A stretch of DNA of 53,535 bases, filler included, from Jimgerdemannia flammicorona (Eukaryota), in NCBI GenBank assembly GCA_003990765.1. It is 3 parts of 3 records of this genome, joined end to end, with 100 filler letters (N's around TTAATTAATTAA, not from the genome) between each part and the next. Parts side by side here need not be neighbours in the genome. Positions count along the whole stretch, not along the records: positions 35,765 to 53,535 come from RBNJ01002415.1; 2 more parts are not named here. The stretch is one strand, 5' to 3'. The translations under genes and the position numbers were made by a program. Within the stretch, counting starts at the first letter, position 1; each line of letters opens with the position of its first letter. The notes under the pieces were generated by a model that saw only the letters and a list, made by a program, of their open reading frames with translations, did no database searches and was not told where the DNA came from. Positions 51,898-53,535 of the stretch are shown here, one piece after another.

Positions 51898-51914
51898 TGG
51901 TGCCCATTGGCTGG
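51898..51914 (+). promoter_or_regulatory. Primer-binding site TGGTGCCCATTGGCTGG (tRNA not assigned)
   Basis: TGG 3 nt after the LTR end and just upstream of the gag ATG at 51924. Confidence 0.7.
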
Positions 51915-51923
51915 TGATTCAAG

Positions 51924-53521
51924 ATGAATTTCTTACTTTCAAGCTGAAAAACAAACAACTACCATAATAACTACCCTGACTACAAGAGTTACCCCTGTAA
52001 GAATTCAAGATAAGATGGAAATGTATTTCCTCACATTCTATAGATATATTACCAAAGAGTCAATCCTGATCTTCATTGAAGACTTTAAACAATTTGCTAC
52101 CATATCAGCTCTCAATATCAATGTATAATTGGCCCTTCTACCAGTTAGTCTCAGAGGACCTACCAGAGATAAGTTCAATATAACTACCATTGCTGTACTG
52201 GTGCAGCCAAACTTACCAACATGAAGATCTTCCTCAGAACTATATACTATACTGAAGAGATCAAGCAAGCTCTCAAGGATCATATCAATACTATCTGCTA
52301 AGAACTCAGTAAAAATCTCAACTTATTCTATATCTGAATCTGCTACCAGATTGTCTTGACTGGCTATAATGATGCTCTCAAGAAACAAATAGCTAATTCA
52401 AAGAGTCTATTCTAAAATTACTCTAGCAATCTGGTCTACCTCAGCTGCTCTGATCCTTGATCAGAAAGTAATCTTTACACAGAGATATTGGACTGCCAGA
52501 CACCCTGCTGAATACTCAATAGAGAAAATAACTAGCATCAAGATAGAGTCACAAAAGCCAACCAGTATTATATCCACCACAGTTGTTAACAGATAGCTAT
52601 CCCCACCTACCCCCAAGACAGCCAAAGCTAATCCAGTGGAGGAACTCACCAAGTAGTTTGCCAAGATAACTATATATCTTGGTGATATTGTTAGAGAAGT
52701 CTGAAATGCAAATAGGAGACCAGTGCAGAGAATTGTAGTTGTTATAGAAGAATACAATATCATATACTTTAGATATAGAGAAGAAGTCCACTATGCAAAG
52801 AGTTGTATGACTGAAACAAGATATAAAGCCCAACTAAGCAATGCTACCAGAATTAGAGAACAAATCAATATAGTAGTCATCAAGGAGATTAGTGACACTG
52901 ATGATGAAAAAGACTATAAGGAGTCTGAATTCTACCTATTACTGAAGGTACTAGAACCCAGTCCAAGCTCTATGAAAAGAAGAGCAACAGTAAGCCAGTT
53001 AGAAGACCAAAGAAGACTCCAGCTGTTACTATTCAAAGTAAGACCCAACCTGAGGAGATTGATCAAGATATGGAGTTAAATGAAGCTGTCTGCCAAATTA
53101 TTGAAGGCACTACTCCAGTCTCAGGAGAAAGTGAAAGCAAGAAAGAACAGAAGCTGTACAAGACCAATATCCATCAGTATGATATCTACAAGGACCTCAA
53201 GGAACAGAAGGTCAATACTACTTTTGAACAACTAGTCAAAGTTTCTGCCTTTAGACAGTAGTTAAGAGTAAGACTTGTAACCACTGTCAAGAACCAAGAG
53301 TGCAAGATAATAGAAGCTCCAATATACAAGAAGATGAATAAGAAGACTCAGATAAAGAATCTGAAGACCAGTATAAGATATCAGCCTATATCTCATGTCA
53401 GATTGAATATTATATCTTTGATGCTATCATTGATATGAGTGCTGGAGAATATCTCATAAGTAAGAAGACAATTGACTGCCTAGGTTGGAACATTGAAGAG
53501 TTTACCAAAATGGTCTACCCA
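51924..53521 (+). mobile_element. Family B gag-protease pseudo-ORF, truncated by the contig end
   Basis: IIYFRYREEVHYAKSC = decayed CCHC knuckle (CFRCGEEGHYAKSC) at ~52760-52806. DAIIDMSAG = aspartic protease D-T-G-A at ~53420-53446. Confidence 0.8.
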
Positions 53522-53535
53522 CTTTTTTTTTTTTT

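Noticed and set aside
3778..53521. Alternative genetic code (TAA/TAG = Gln) explaining the many in-frame stops
   Set aside because: The host gene models contain no internal stops and end at TAA/TAG. Transposon stops include TGA and vary between copies, as expected for C>T/G>A mutation.

Overview
Eukaryotic, intron-rich DNA, probably from a fungus. An early-diverging (Mucoromycota-like) lineage is an inference from gene content and is not proven. The window is three contigs (1-17782, 17883-35664, 35765-53535; 17,782/17,782/17,771 bp) joined by artificial N44-TTAATTAATTAA-N44 linkers, so adjacency across the linkers means nothing biologically. Three spliced host genes lie in CpG-retaining DNA: a signal-peptide/Kelch-repeat/Ser-Thr stalk/TM surface protein, a TMEM229/CmpB-like membrane protein, and a membrane-anchored MIR-domain protein. 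Most of the rest is nested, decayed transposons: L1/Tx1-like LINEs, two Ty3/Gypsy families, a Ty1/Copia RT, an Ngaro/DIRS tyrosine-recombinase retrotransposon, hAT-type palindromic MITEs and a 1.2-kb poly(A) retroposon. These carry heavy C>T/G>A hypermutation in CpG, CpA and other contexts (RIP-like). The most striking observation is that both Gypsy families have long LTRs (about 2.06 kb and 1.54 kb) whose U3 contains a 320-365-codon sense-strand accessory ORF. The two ORFs are unrelated to each other, become visible only when C>T/G>A stops are reverted using sister copies, and lie next to tandem repeats. The family A protein carries two PPxY motifs. All alignments were done by eye; no database searches were run.
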